Origin: Anaeromyxobacteraceae bacterium
GTDB lineage: Bacteria; Myxococcota; Myxococcia; Myxococcales; Anaeromyxobacteraceae
Length of the DNA: 64,000 bases
Direction of reading: 5' to 3'
NCBI GenBank assembly: GCA_047602405.1
Contig: JASGHJ010000001.1
Location: 2,272,001 to 2,336,000 of the forward strand
Shown here: piece after piece, positions 10,252-19,517 of the stretch
Numbering within the stretch: the first letter of the stretch is position 1
Layout: each line of letters opens with the position of its first letter
The notes under the pieces: generated by a model
Told to the model about the DNA's origin: nothing
What the model saw: the letters and a program-made list of their open reading frames with translations, nothing else
Databases searched by the model: none
Position numbers and translations under genes: made by a program

Positions 10252-11189
10252 CGTACCTCAGGCACGGGCAGTCGCCCTTCTTCCGGCTGCCGGTCTCGAT
10301 CGGCGCGCCGCCGCCCGGCACGCGCGCCGTCCTCATGGGCGTGCCGTTCGACCTCGGCACGACCTACCAGCCCGGCGCGCGGCTCGCGCCGTGGCACGTG
10401 CGGCGCGTCTCGGCGCTCCTGCAGGGCTGGCACCCGGTGCACGGCGTCGACGTGTTCGCCGAGGTGCCCGCGGTGGACGGCGGCAACGCGGCCTTCCCGC
10501 CGTTCGACCCCGGCGCGATGCGCGAGGCGGTGCAGGCGGAGGTGTCGCGCATCGCCGCCGCCGGCGCGGCGCCCTTCCTGCTCGGCGGCGATCACTCGAT
10601 CGTGCTCCCGGCACTCCGCGCGCTCGCGAAGGCCCGCGGGCCGCTCGCGGTCGTGCACGTGGACGCGCACCTCGACACGAGCGGGCCCGAGACCTGGGGC
10701 GAGGCGTTCCACCACGGCACGCCGTTCCGCCACGCGCTCGAGGAGGGGCTCGTCGCGCGGGGCGCGCTCTTCCAGGTCGGCATCCGCGGGCCCTGGGGCG
10801 CCTCGACCGACGCCGACCTCTCGCGGAGGCACGGCGGCGTGATCGTCTCCCCCGAGCTCGTCGACGCGGAAGGGCCCGGCGCGCTGGGCCGGCGCATCCG
10901 GGAGGCCTGCGGGGACCGGCCGACCTACGTCTCCTTCGACGTCGACGCGCTCGACCCGGCCTTCGTGCCCGGCACCGGCACGCCGGTCCCGGGCGGCCTC
11001 ACGACGCGCGAGGCGTTCGCGCTCCTGCGAGGGCTCGCGGGCGTGCGGCTCGCGGGCATGGACGTCGTGGAGGTCTGCCCGGCGCTCGACCACGGCGAGG
11101 CCACCTCCACCCTCGCGGCGCACCTCCTCTGGGAGGGGCTGGCGCTCCTCGCGGTGGAAGGGCGGAGGCGACCCGACCGGGCGGGGTAG
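10230..11189 (+). CDS. speB: Agmatinase / ureohydrolase
   Basis: GGDHSI, DAHLD, SFDVDALDP, PGTGTP motifs. Confidence 0.85.
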   Translation: MAQDPALTYLRHGQSPFFRLPVSIGAPPPGTRAVLMGVPFDLGTTYQPGARLAPWHVRRVSALLQGWHPVHGVDVFAEVPAVDGGNAAFPPFDPGAMREAVQAEVSRIAAAGAAPFLLGGDHSIVLPALRALAKARGPLAVVHVDAHLDTSGPETWGEAFHHGTPFRHALEEGLVARGALFQVGIRGPWGASTDADLSRRHGGVIVSPELVDAEGPGALGRRIREACGDRPTYVSFDVDALDPAFVPGTGTPVPGGLTTREAFALLRGLAGVRLAGMDVVEVCPALDHGEATSTLAAHLLWEGLALLAVEGRRRPDRAG

Positions 11190-11255
11190 GGCAAACGCCC
11201 ACACCGCTCCCTGGGCACGACGCGAGGCCAGTTCCGTATTAGCTTGTCGCTACCG

Positions 11256-11888
11256 ATGAGCGCGCCGAACCCGTGGACCGTGGTGCAGGCGAGCGACTAC
11301 GAGCGCTACATGGGCCCCGAGGGGCTCGATCAGCTCGGGACGCTGTCGTCCTTGTTCCAGGAGAGCTACCTCGCCGCGCAGCCGGACCGCGTCCTCGTGC
11401 TCGGCTCCGGCACCGGCAACGGCCTCGAGCACGTCGACCCCGCGGTCACCCGCCAGGTGACCTGCGTCGACGTGAACCTCCAGTACCTCGGCATCGCGCG
11501 CCAGCGGTACATGCACCTCGGGCCGAAGCTCGAGCTCTTCTGCTCGCCGGTCGAGAAGTTCCGCGCCGCCGCCGGCGCGTACGACCTCGTCGACGCCTCG
11601 CTCATCTTCGAGTACGTCCACCCCGAGACGCTCGTCCGCAAGATCGGCGAGTGGCTCCGGCCGGGCGGCACCTGCGTGGTCGTGCTCGAGCTCCCCGGCG
11701 GTGCGGGCCCGGAGCCCGAGTCGAAGCCGCTCAAGATCATCGAGCGCGCCGAGAAGCACGTGAAGCCGGCGGAGCTCGCCGCGCTGTTCGCCCAGCACGG
11801 CATGCCGAAGCGCCGCGAGCGCGAGGTGCCGTGCAAGCACGGCCGCAAGCTCTGGGCGGCGACGTTCGGGCGCCCGGCCGCGAAATAG
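11256..11888 (+). CDS. Class I SAM-dependent methyltransferase
   Basis: VLVLGSGTGNG motif I, LRPGG. Confidence 0.85.
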   Translation: MSAPNPWTVVQASDYERYMGPEGLDQLGTLSSLFQESYLAAQPDRVLVLGSGTGNGLEHVDPAVTRQVTCVDVNLQYLGIARQRYMHLGPKLELFCSPVEKFRAAAGAYDLVDASLIFEYVHPETLVRKIGEWLRPGGTCVVVLELPGGAGPEPESKPLKIIERAEKHVKPAELAALFAQHGMPKRREREVPCKHGRKLWAATFGRPAAK

Positions 11889-11923
11889 GGCCCCCTCGGG
11901 TGCGTATCCTGAACTGTTGAGCC

Positions 11924-11988
11924 TTGCTGCCGGGGTGGGGCCCCGGCGAGCTTTGCTCGACGGGGCGGGGCGCTGCCGAAGCGCCCCG
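11924..11988. repeat. Intergenic palindromic repeat, family B
   Basis: TTGCTGCCGGGGTGGGGCCCCG.CGAGCTTTGCTCG.CGGGG plus a second hairpin; near-identical to 25466-25528. Confidence 0.8.
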
Positions 11989-12009
11989 GAGACAAGGAGA
12001 CCGAACGCC

Positions 12010-12342
12010 GTGCCCACCTGCCGCTACTGCCGCTCCGAGAACCTCCCGGGCGCCATCCGCTGCGCCCACTGCACGAGCTGGCTCGACGAGGCCCGCCGCC
12101 CGGTGCGCGAGTGGGAGCGCGCCCGCGACGGCAAGTGGATCGCGGGCGTCGCGCGCGGGCTCGCGAACCGCTTCGCGCTGCCGGTCGCGTTCGTGCGGCT
12201 CTGCTTCCTCTTCTCGCTGCTGTTCGGGGGCTGGGGCCTGCTCGCGTACGTCGCGCTCTGGATCGCGATGCCGCTCTCGCCGTACCCGCTGCCGACGCGG
12301 ACCGTCGAGGCGCCCGTCGGGCCGCCGCCGGGGTCGTTCTAG
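12010..12342 (+). CDS. PspC domain protein with N-terminal zinc ribbon
   Basis: CRYC..CAHC; WIAGVARGLA..YVALWIAMP; AGGAG RBS and GTG start. Confidence 0.85.
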   Translation: MPTCRYCRSENLPGAIRCAHCTSWLDEARRPVREWERARDGKWIAGVARGLANRFALPVAFVRLCFLFSLLFGGWGLLAYVALWIAMPLSPYPLPTRTVEAPVGPPPGSF

Positions 12343-12346
12343 CGGC

Positions 12347-13273
12347 TCAGGCCTGGGTCGCGTCCTCGAAGACCTCGAGCGCGCCGCCGGCGACCTGCAC
12401 CGCGCCCACGGGCTTCAGGTTCGGCTCGAGCGCGGACGCGGCCTGGCCGACCAGGATCTGCCCCGGCGTCGCGAGCGCCGCGAGCCGCTCGGCGCGGTCC
12501 GCCGCGGCGCCGAGCGCGCCGAGGTCGACGCCGGCCGGCCCGCCGGAGGTGCCGGCCAGCACCTGCCCCACCTCGACCCCTGCCCGGACGTCGAGCCCGC
12601 CGAGGTCGCGCACCCGCTCGCGCGCGCCGCGCGCGGCGCGCAGCGCGTGGGGCACGTCGTCGGGGCCGGAGCCGGCGAGGCCGAAGAGCCCGAGCACGCC
12701 GACGCCCGCGAGCCGCGCCGCGACGCCACCCTCGTTCACGACCGCCGCGGCGCAGGCGTCGAGCGCCGAGCGCACCCGGGCGGCCGCGTCGACCGCGCCG
12801 GCGACCCCGGACGCGTGCAGGGAGAGCCGCAGCACCGCCGCCGGGCGGAGCGTGAGGGCGAGGGGGTCCTCGGACTCGGGCGTGAGCGAGGGCCGCGGCG
12901 CCGGCTCGGACTTGATGGTCCCGCGGGACTCGCGGTCCCGGGGAGGGGCCGGGGTGGCGACCGGCTTCTTGACCGGCTCCCAGCTCGAGACCGCCGCGAA
13001 CCGCACCTCGGTCTTGCCGAACCGGAGGAGCGCCCCGTCCGGCACCTTCGCCTCGTTGACGCGCTCGTCCGCGAGGAACGTTCCGTTGCGGCTCTCGAGG
13101 TCGATGACCCAGACCTCCGGGCCCCGGCGCTCGAACATCGCGTGCATGCTCGAGATCCAGGGATCGCCGATCTGCAGGTGCGACTCCGGCGAGCGGCCGA
13201 GCACGGTGGGGATGTCCGGCAGCACGAACACCGTGCCGGCGCATACACCGTTCAGCACCACGATCTCGGCCAA
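12347..13273 (-). CDS. FHA domain protein with degenerate nucleotide-cyclase-like C-terminal domain
   Basis: LGRSPES..ISSMHA..DLESRNGT FHA motifs; VRAGVEVGQV..GAAADRAERL cyclase-like tail; TTG start approximate. Confidence 0.75.
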   Translation of the reverse strand: MAEIVVLNGVCAGTVFVLPDIPTVLGRSPESHLQIGDPWISSMHAMFERRGPEVWVIDLESRNGTFLADERVNEAKVPDGALLRFGKTEVRFAAVSSWEPVKKPVATPAPPRDRESRGTIKSEPAPRPSLTPESEDPLALTLRPAAVLRLSLHASGVAGAVDAAARVRSALDACAAAVVNEGGVAARLAGVGVLGLFGLAGSGPDDVPHALRAARGARERVRDLGGLDVRAGVEVGQVLAGTSGGPAGVDLGALGAAADRAERLAALATPGQILVGQAASALEPNLKPVGAVQVAGGALEVFEDATQA

Positions 13274-13332
13274 GAGCGCGCGTCCCCTTCCTCGGAAGCC
13301 CCGAAGGCCCATGATACCTTACCTCCGCGCTC

Positions 13333-14805
13333 ATGGCCGTGTCGCACCCGCAGCAGCCCCGCGTCCGGGAGGGCGACCGCATCGGGACCGTTCCCGACGG
13401 CATGATCGGCAGGGTGCTCGGCGATCGATATCGCGTGCTGTCGCGCCTGGGCGAGGGCGGGATGGGCACCGTCTACCTCTGCGAGCACGCCGTCCTGCGC
13501 CGCCGCTTCGCGTTGAAGGTGCTCCGGCCGGAGCTCGGCGACGACCCGGAGCTCGTCGAGCGCTTCCGCAACGAGGCCATCGCCGCGAGCCGCATCGGCC
13601 AGGAGAACGTCGTCGACGTGGTCGACTTCGGGGCCGAGGAGGACGGGGCGCTCTACTACGTCATGGAGGCGCTCGACGGTCGGTCGGTGGGGGCGATCCT
13701 CCGCGACGAGGGGCCGTTCGCGGTCAGCCGCACGCTCTCGCTCCTCGAGCAGACCTGCCGGGCGCTGGCCGCCGCGCACGCGCGCGGCGTCGTGCACCGC
13801 GACGTGAAGCCGGAGAACGTCTTCGTGGTCCGCCGCGAGGAGGCGGAGCGGGTCAAGATCCTCGACTTCGGGATCAGCCACGTGCCCGCCGAGATGACCG
13901 GCTCGAAGATCACCCGCGCCGGCTCCATCATCGGCACGCCGGAGTACATGGCGCCGGAGCAGGCGAACGGCGAGCCCATCGACCACCGCGCCGACGTCTA
14001 CGCCGTGGGCGTCCTCGCCTACGAGATGCTCACCGGACTCCTGCCCTTCGAGGCGAACGGCCCGGTCGCGACGCTGGTCGCCGCGCGCGAGCAGCCGGTC
14101 GAGCCGCCCTCGAGGAAGCGCAAGGACATCCCGGTCGAGGTCGATCGGATCGTCGTCCGCGCGCTCGCGAAGAAGCCGGACGACCGGTTCCCCTCGATGC
14201 TCGACTTCGCCGCCGAGCTCCTGCGCGTGCGCGCCGGCATCTTCGGCGCGGGCTCCACGCCGGACCCGGTGCGCGGGCAGTCGCCCACGATGCGCTACGA
14301 GCCGGCGCCCCGGAAGTCGCGGCCGCGCAGCGGCACGCTCGCGGTGGGCGAGCCCACCCCGGAGCTCTCCGGCGGCCGGCCGACCCTGCCGCGCGGCCTG
14401 CGCGGGCTCACGCGCCGCCGCACGGCCATCGCGGCCGGCGCGGTGCTGCTCCTCCTCGCGATCGTGGGCGGGACGTACGCCTGGCTGCGCCAGCCGCCCG
14501 CTCCGGCGGCGGTCGCCGCGGCCCCCGCGCCCGCGACGCCTCCGCCGGCCGCGCCCACGCCGGCGGGGCCCGAGCCGGTCGCCGCCGCGCAGCCGGCGCC
14601 CGCGCCGCCCGTCGAGCTCATCCCGCCGGCCGCGCCGGTCGCCGCCCCCGTGGAGGAGCGCGTCCAGGTCCCGTCGGTCCTGGCCCGGCCCGCCCCGAGG
14701 AAGGCTGTCCAGAAGGCCGCCGCCCCGCCGAAGAAGAAGCCGAGCGCCGAGGAGCCGATCCAGGATCCTTACGGCGACGACCTCAAGCCGAACCCCTTCA
14801 AATGA
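13333..14805 (+). CDS. Membrane Ser/Thr protein kinase
   Basis: GEGGMGTV, HRDVKPEN, DFG, GTPEYMAPEQ; TM helix and Pro-rich tail. Confidence 0.95.
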   Translation: MAVSHPQQPRVREGDRIGTVPDGMIGRVLGDRYRVLSRLGEGGMGTVYLCEHAVLRRRFALKVLRPELGDDPELVERFRNEAIAASRIGQENVVDVVDFGAEEDGALYYVMEALDGRSVGAILRDEGPFAVSRTLSLLEQTCRALAAAHARGVVHRDVKPENVFVVRREEAERVKILDFGISHVPAEMTGSKITRAGSIIGTPEYMAPEQANGEPIDHRADVYAVGVLAYEMLTGLLPFEANGPVATLVAAREQPVEPPSRKRKDIPVEVDRIVVRALAKKPDDRFPSMLDFAAELLRVRAGIFGAGSTPDPVRGQSPTMRYEPAPRKSRPRSGTLAVGEPTPELSGGRPTLPRGLRGLTRRRTAIAAGAVLLLLAIVGGTYAWLRQPPAPAAVAAAPAPATPPPAAPTPAGPEPVAAAQPAPAPPVELIPPAAPVAAPVEERVQVPSVLARPAPRKAVQKAAAPPKKKPSAEEPIQDPYGDDLKPNPFK

Positions 14806-15791
14806 TCCGGCTCCGACCCTCCGCCATCGTCTCCCTGCTCCTGCTCGCGTGCGCCGCGCTCCCCGCGCGCGCGGACGAGGCCGCCGAGGCCAAGATCCAC
14901 TACGCGGAGGGCACGCGGCTCTACCGCGCGCAGAAGTACCGCGCCGCGATCGTGGAGTTCGAGAACGCGTACCGGAAGAAGCCGCACGGCGCGATCCAGT
15001 ACAACCTCGCCCAGTGCCACGAGAAGCTCGGCGAGTGGCCCGCGGCGCTGCGCAGCTACCACGACTACCTGCGCGAGCTGCCCGGCGCGGGCGACCGCAA
15101 CACCGTGCTCGCCACCATCCGCCGCCTCGAGCAGAAGCTCGCCGACACCGGCGTGCAGGTGCTGCTCGTCTACACCGACCCGCTCGGCGCCGAGGTGCGC
15201 GTCGACGGGAAGGTGCGGGGCGCGACCCCGTTCCACGTGGTGCTGCCGCCCGGCGACTACGCGGTGACGCTCACCCGCACCGGCTACCAGACGCTGACGC
15301 GCGACGTCGTGATGGGCGCCCGCGGCTCGCAGATCGTCGACGAGAAGCTCCGCCCCGCCGAGGCGAGGCCGGTGCCGCTCCCGCCGCCGCCCGTCGCCTC
15401 CGCGCCGCAGACCACCGTGCCGCCGCCGCAGGCGACCACCGCGCCCGCGGCGAAGCCCGACCTCACGCCGGCCGCGCCCTCGTCGACCGGCCCGGGTGTC
15501 GTCGCGAAGCTCCCGCCGCCCGCGCCGCCGGGCCGGTCCACCTTCGAGCGCAAGCCCTTCACGTGGGCCGCCGCCGGCGCGACCGCCGCGGCGCTCGCCG
15601 GGGGCATCTACTTCGGGATGCACGCGAAGTCGCTCTCGAGCGAGCTGCGCGACGGCACCCCGCGGACGAACGCGGCCTCGCTCGCGAGCGACGCGAAGTC
15701 CTCGTCGAAGCGCGCCAACATCCTGTACGGCGTCGCGGGCCTCTCGGCCGCCGCGGGCGCCACGCTGTTCTTCGTGGAGGGTTCGTTCTGA
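14802..15791 (+). CDS. TPR + PEGA domain protein
   Basis: Signal peptide, TPR (YNLAQCHEKLG), PEGA (TDPLGAEVRVDG..G.TP), hydrophobic C-terminus. Confidence 0.85.
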   Translation: MIRLRPSAIVSLLLLACAALPARADEAAEAKIHYAEGTRLYRAQKYRAAIVEFENAYRKKPHGAIQYNLAQCHEKLGEWPAALRSYHDYLRELPGAGDRNTVLATIRRLEQKLADTGVQVLLVYTDPLGAEVRVDGKVRGATPFHVVLPPGDYAVTLTRTGYQTLTRDVVMGARGSQIVDEKLRPAEARPVPLPPPPVASAPQTTVPPPQATTAPAAKPDLTPAAPSSTGPGVVAKLPPPAPPGRSTFERKPFTWAAAGATAAALAGGIYFGMHAKSLSSELRDGTPRTNAASLASDAKSSSKRANILYGVAGLSAAAGATLFFVEGSF

Positions 15792-17548
15792 TGCGCCGCG
15801 CGATCCTCCTGTTGCCCGCGCTCTCCGCGCTCGCCGCCTGCTCCGTGGAGCTGGAGGGGGCCGCGTGCGCCGTGCCCGGCGAAGGCGACCAGTGCCCGGC
15901 GGGGCAGAAGTGCGGGAACGACCTCCGCTGCTCGGTCCGGGCGGCGGATCCGGATTGCGGGTTCTGTTCCCTCGGTTCGGTCAGTTGCTCTGCTGTCGGG
16001 AACGCACTCGAGACCTGCGTGAAGGTCGACGAGGTCTGCCACCAGACACGGTCGGACGACTGTGCCGCCGACAACAAGGTCTGTGAGACTGGGGCATGCC
16101 GGGGGAAGCCCTGCTCGACGCCCGGGTCTACCGCGTCCTGCCCGACGAACCAGGCGTGTGGCTACGACAACCGGTGCAGCGTGGAGGCCGCAGGCTCCAC
16201 GTGCGCCTTTTGCGACCTCGGAGCGAAGCAGTGCAACGGCGCGAAGACCAAGGTCCAGGTCTGTCAAGCGAACGGTACCGTGTGCCGCGCCTGGGCGGAC
16301 GACACCGACTGCTCGGCGAACAGCCTTATCTGCGCCCCGAAGGGCCCAAGCGTGGCGTGCGAATGCAGTGCGCCCGCGGGGACGGTCGCGGTTGACCAGC
16401 AGAACTCCGGGAGCGGAGGCGTCACGCCCACGGGCGCCCCTCAACCTGCCGGATGCCGCCTGCAAACGCTCGAGGCCGCGTTCGCGAAGTCGGGCGTGAC
16501 CACGCTGCAGATCTACCCGGGCACCTACGTTCTGTCTTCGCCTCACTCCATACCGAAGGGAATGGTTGTGAGCGGCCAGGGGACTCCCGCTCAGGTGATC
16601 GTCCAGGCCACATCGGCTGGGACGGACATCCTTCAACTCGCTTCAGGGAGCACAATGGAGCACCTGCGCCTGGAGGCCAACGCCGACTACACGGGCGCCG
16701 CGCTGAAGGTGGATTGCGCAGGGGACACGGCTCCCGTGACCCTGAATGACGTGAAGGTGCTCGGCGCGAGCAAGGTCGTTCGTGGGATTTCGATGGAGGG
16801 CGGCTGTGGCCTCGCCGCGACTGGCCTAGAGGTCTCCGGTGCCAAGGCAGATGGTGTCTACCTGAACCTTGCGGCCACGTCGTTGCCCTCGGCTACGCTG
16901 GATGCGACGAGCACGATTCACGACAACGGTGGTAACGGGGTTCACGTTCTGGCTGGGAAGCTCGTCGCAACCGGTACGAACGTGTCAGCGAACACAATCC
17001 ACGGGATCTTTGCCGAGTTCACGAGCGCGTCGACTCCGTTCGACATCGCGCTGGATGGCGTCGACCTCCACGAGAACCAGGGGACCGGTCTGTTCTTGAA
17101 GGATGTCGCCGACGCCACCGGCACCAAGGTCTCGGTGAAGAACTCGAAGCTGCGGAAGAACGCGGGTTCCAGGGATGAGTCGCTCTACAGCACAGGCCGA
17201 CGTGCGGGCGGTGCGCTCTTCTGGGGTAACGCGCCGACGAGCTTCGTTTTCACGGGCAACACCGTGTGCTCGAACGGTGGCGCGACCGTAGACGACGCCG
17301 CGGTGTACTCGAGCAGCAACCCCAGTTGGAGGATGGGCACGGTGGACAGCGCCGGGTGCGCTGCCACCGCGAACACGTTCTACGATGGGGCAGGCGGGCG
17401 CCTCCTGTATTCGACGAACGCAGTTGACGTCACCCCTGCCATCAACAACATCTGGCCTGCGGATCCCCCCGCGAGCGCAAGCTACTTCAACGCGATTGTG
17501 ACCCCGACCTGCGCCGCCGCTTTCACGGTCCCGTCGGCCTGCCAGTGA
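15791..17548 (+). CDS. Cys-rich lipoprotein with C-terminal right-handed beta-helix
   Basis: LAAC lipobox; duplicated Cys-rich module; IYPGTY and IHDNGGNGV beta-helix repeats. Confidence 0.8.
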   Translation: MRRAILLLPALSALAACSVELEGAACAVPGEGDQCPAGQKCGNDLRCSVRAADPDCGFCSLGSVSCSAVGNALETCVKVDEVCHQTRSDDCAADNKVCETGACRGKPCSTPGSTASCPTNQACGYDNRCSVEAAGSTCAFCDLGAKQCNGAKTKVQVCQANGTVCRAWADDTDCSANSLICAPKGPSVACECSAPAGTVAVDQQNSGSGGVTPTGAPQPAGCRLQTLEAAFAKSGVTTLQIYPGTYVLSSPHSIPKGMVVSGQGTPAQVIVQATSAGTDILQLASGSTMEHLRLEANADYTGAALKVDCAGDTAPVTLNDVKVLGASKVVRGISMEGGCGLAATGLEVSGAKADGVYLNLAATSLPSATLDATSTIHDNGGNGVHVLAGKLVATGTNVSANTIHGIFAEFTSASTPFDIALDGVDLHENQGTGLFLKDVADATGTKVSVKNSKLRKNAGSRDESLYSTGRRAGGALFWGNAPTSFVFTGNTVCSNGGATVDDAAVYSSSNPSWRMGTVDSAGCAATANTFYDGAGGRLLYSTNAVDVTPAINNIWPADPPASASYFNAIVTPTCAAAFTVPSACQ

Positions 17549-17815
17549 CTACACCGTCCGCGTCCGCCTGCCCATCGCGACGCCCGCGATGAGGAGGAGC
17601 GCGATGGCGCCGATGATGCTGCCGATGAACCCGGCCGACTGGTAGCTGTCGGCGTGCGAACCGGTGATCGCGCTCGCCACGAGGCCGCCCACGAGCGAGC
17701 CGGCGATCCCGAGCAGCGTGGTGGTGACGAGCCCCATGCTCTGCCGCCCAGGCACGAGCGCGCGCGCGATGAGACCGATGACGAACCCGAACACGATCCA
17801 GGCGAGAATGCCCAT
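17549..17815 (-). CDS. GlsB/YeaQ/YmgE (transglycosylase-associated) membrane protein
   Basis: MGILAWIVFGFVIGLIARALVPG; GGGAGG RBS. Confidence 0.9.
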   Translation of the reverse strand: MGILAWIVFGFVIGLIARALVPGRQSMGLVTTTLLGIAGSLVGGLVASAITGSHADSYQSAGFIGSIIGAIALLLIAGVAMGRRTRTV

Positions 17816-17954
17816 GGCTACCTCCCTCTCTCCGATGAAGGTAGGCCCCGGCGCACACCCGGCCCGGCCGCCCGGCCGCAGGGCGGGCCCTTCCTTGACG
17901 CGCCCCAGGGACGCGGGTAGCGTCGGAACCCGGCTCCACGAAAGGGGTTTCGGC

Positions 17955-18254
17955 GTGCGGCTCCTCCTCACGGTCCTCGCGATCGCCGCGCTGGCGGGCT
18001 GCGGCCCGGTCCGGTCCACCGCCAACCTCTCCGAGGCCGAGGTGGCCCTCGAGGCCGCCCGCGCCGCCGGCGCGAGGGACTCGGCCACCTTCGAGTACGT
18101 CTCCGCCGAGGCCTACCTCCGGAAGGCGAAGGAGACCGCGAACCGCGCCCGCTACGAGGCGAGCATCGACTTCGCGAAGAAGGCCACCCAGCTCGCGAAG
18201 GAAGCGCGGGAGAAGGCGCTCTCCTCCTCGAACCGCGGTCCGGAGGCGCCGTGA
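17955..18254 (+). CDS. DUF4398-type lipoprotein
   Basis: LAGC lipobox; AARAAGA...EY..AEAYL.KA. Confidence 0.75.
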   Translation: MRLLLTVLAIAALAGCGPVRSTANLSEAEVALEAARAAGARDSATFEYVSAEAYLRKAKETANRARYEASIDFAKKATQLAKEAREKALSSSNRGPEAP

Positions 18255-19513
18255 TGCGCGTCGGCAGGATCTCGCTCACCGCGGCCGCGCTCGCCGCGCT
18301 CGTCGCCGGCGGCTGCGTCACCGGCGGCAAGCTCCGCGAGGGCGCCTCCGTCATCCGCTCCGACGTCGAGAAGGCGAAGCGCTCCGGCGCGCCGCGCTGC
18401 GCGCCGCGCGAGCTCGCGCTCGCGGAGGCCAACGTCTCGTTCGCCGAGCACGAGATCGCCTACGGCGACCCGGTCCGCGCGAAGGGCCACCTCGACGTCG
18501 CCGAGGAGAACGTCCGCAAGGCGCTCGAGCTCTCGCAGACCTGCGCGCCCACCCAGGTCACCATCGCGAAGAAGCCCGAGGAGCCGAAGAAGGGCGTCCG
18601 CATCGAGAAGACCGACTCCGACCACGACGGCGTGCCGGACGTGGACGACCGCTGCCCCGACGTGCCCGGCCGGCCCGAGCTGCAGGGCTGCCCCGACACC
18701 GACGGTGACGGCCTGGCCGACGCCGAGGACCGCTGCCCGCGCGAGGCCGGCCCGATCGAGAACCAGGGCTGCCCGATCGCCAAGGACTCCGACGGCGACG
18801 GCGTCCCCGACGACATCGACCGCTGCCCGCTCGACCCCGAGGACCGGGACGGCTTCCAGGACGAGGACGGCTGCCCGGATCCCGACAACGACGGGGACGG
18901 CGTGGTCGACCGGCTCGACGCCTGTCCGAACCAGCCCGGCCCCGTCGAGAACAAGGGCTGCCCGGTCACCGACCGCGACGGCGACGGCGTGGCCGACGCC
19001 CTCGACAAGTGCCCCGACGTGCCCGGCATCCCCGCCAACGCCGGCTGCCCCGACGGCGACAAGGACGGCGACACGGTCCCCGACTCGCGCGACCGCTGCC
19101 CGGCCGTGTTCGGCTCGCCGCCCGACGGCTGCCCGAAGAAGTACGGCCTCGTCGAGGTCGACAAGAACCAGATCCGCATCAAGCAGCAGGTGAACTTCGC
19201 GCCCGCGAAGTTCCGGATCCTGAAGACCTCGTACCGGCTGCTCGACCAGGTCGTGCAGGCCCTCAACGACTTCCCGAAGGCGAAGGTCCGCATCGAGGGC
19301 CACACCGACAACGTCGGCAAGCCCGCCGCGAACCTGAAGCTCAGCCAGCGCCGCGCCGACGCGGTGATGGACTACCTCGTCTCGAAGGGCGTCTCGGCCG
19401 ACCGGCTCGAGGCGAAGGGGTTCGGCCAGACGCAGCCCATCGCGTCCAACAAGACCAAGCTCGGCAAGGCCAAGAACCGCCGCACCGAGTTCAAGATCGT
19501 CTCGCTGGAGTGA
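18254..19513 (+). CDS. OmpA-family peptidoglycan-binding lipoprotein with thrombospondin type-3-like repeats
   Basis: Lipobox; about 7 DxDGDGVxDxxDxCP repeats; IEGHTD..LSQRRA..NRRTEF. Confidence 0.92.
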   Translation: MRVGRISLTAAALAALVAGGCVTGGKLREGASVIRSDVEKAKRSGAPRCAPRELALAEANVSFAEHEIAYGDPVRAKGHLDVAEENVRKALELSQTCAPTQVTIAKKPEEPKKGVRIEKTDSDHDGVPDVDDRCPDVPGRPELQGCPDTDGDGLADAEDRCPREAGPIENQGCPIAKDSDGDGVPDDIDRCPLDPEDRDGFQDEDGCPDPDNDGDGVVDRLDACPNQPGPVENKGCPVTDRDGDGVADALDKCPDVPGIPANAGCPDGDKDGDTVPDSRDRCPAVFGSPPDGCPKKYGLVEVDKNQIRIKQQVNFAPAKFRILKTSYRLLDQVVQALNDFPKAKVRIEGHTDNVGKPAANLKLSQRRADAVMDYLVSKGVSADRLEAKGFGQTQPIASNKTKLGKAKNRRTEFKIVSLE

Positions 19514-19517
19514 GCGC

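Noticed and set aside
18610..19140. Repetitive DNA in the OmpA gene
   Set aside because: Explained by protein-level TSP3-like Ca-binding repeats common in myxobacterial OmpA proteins
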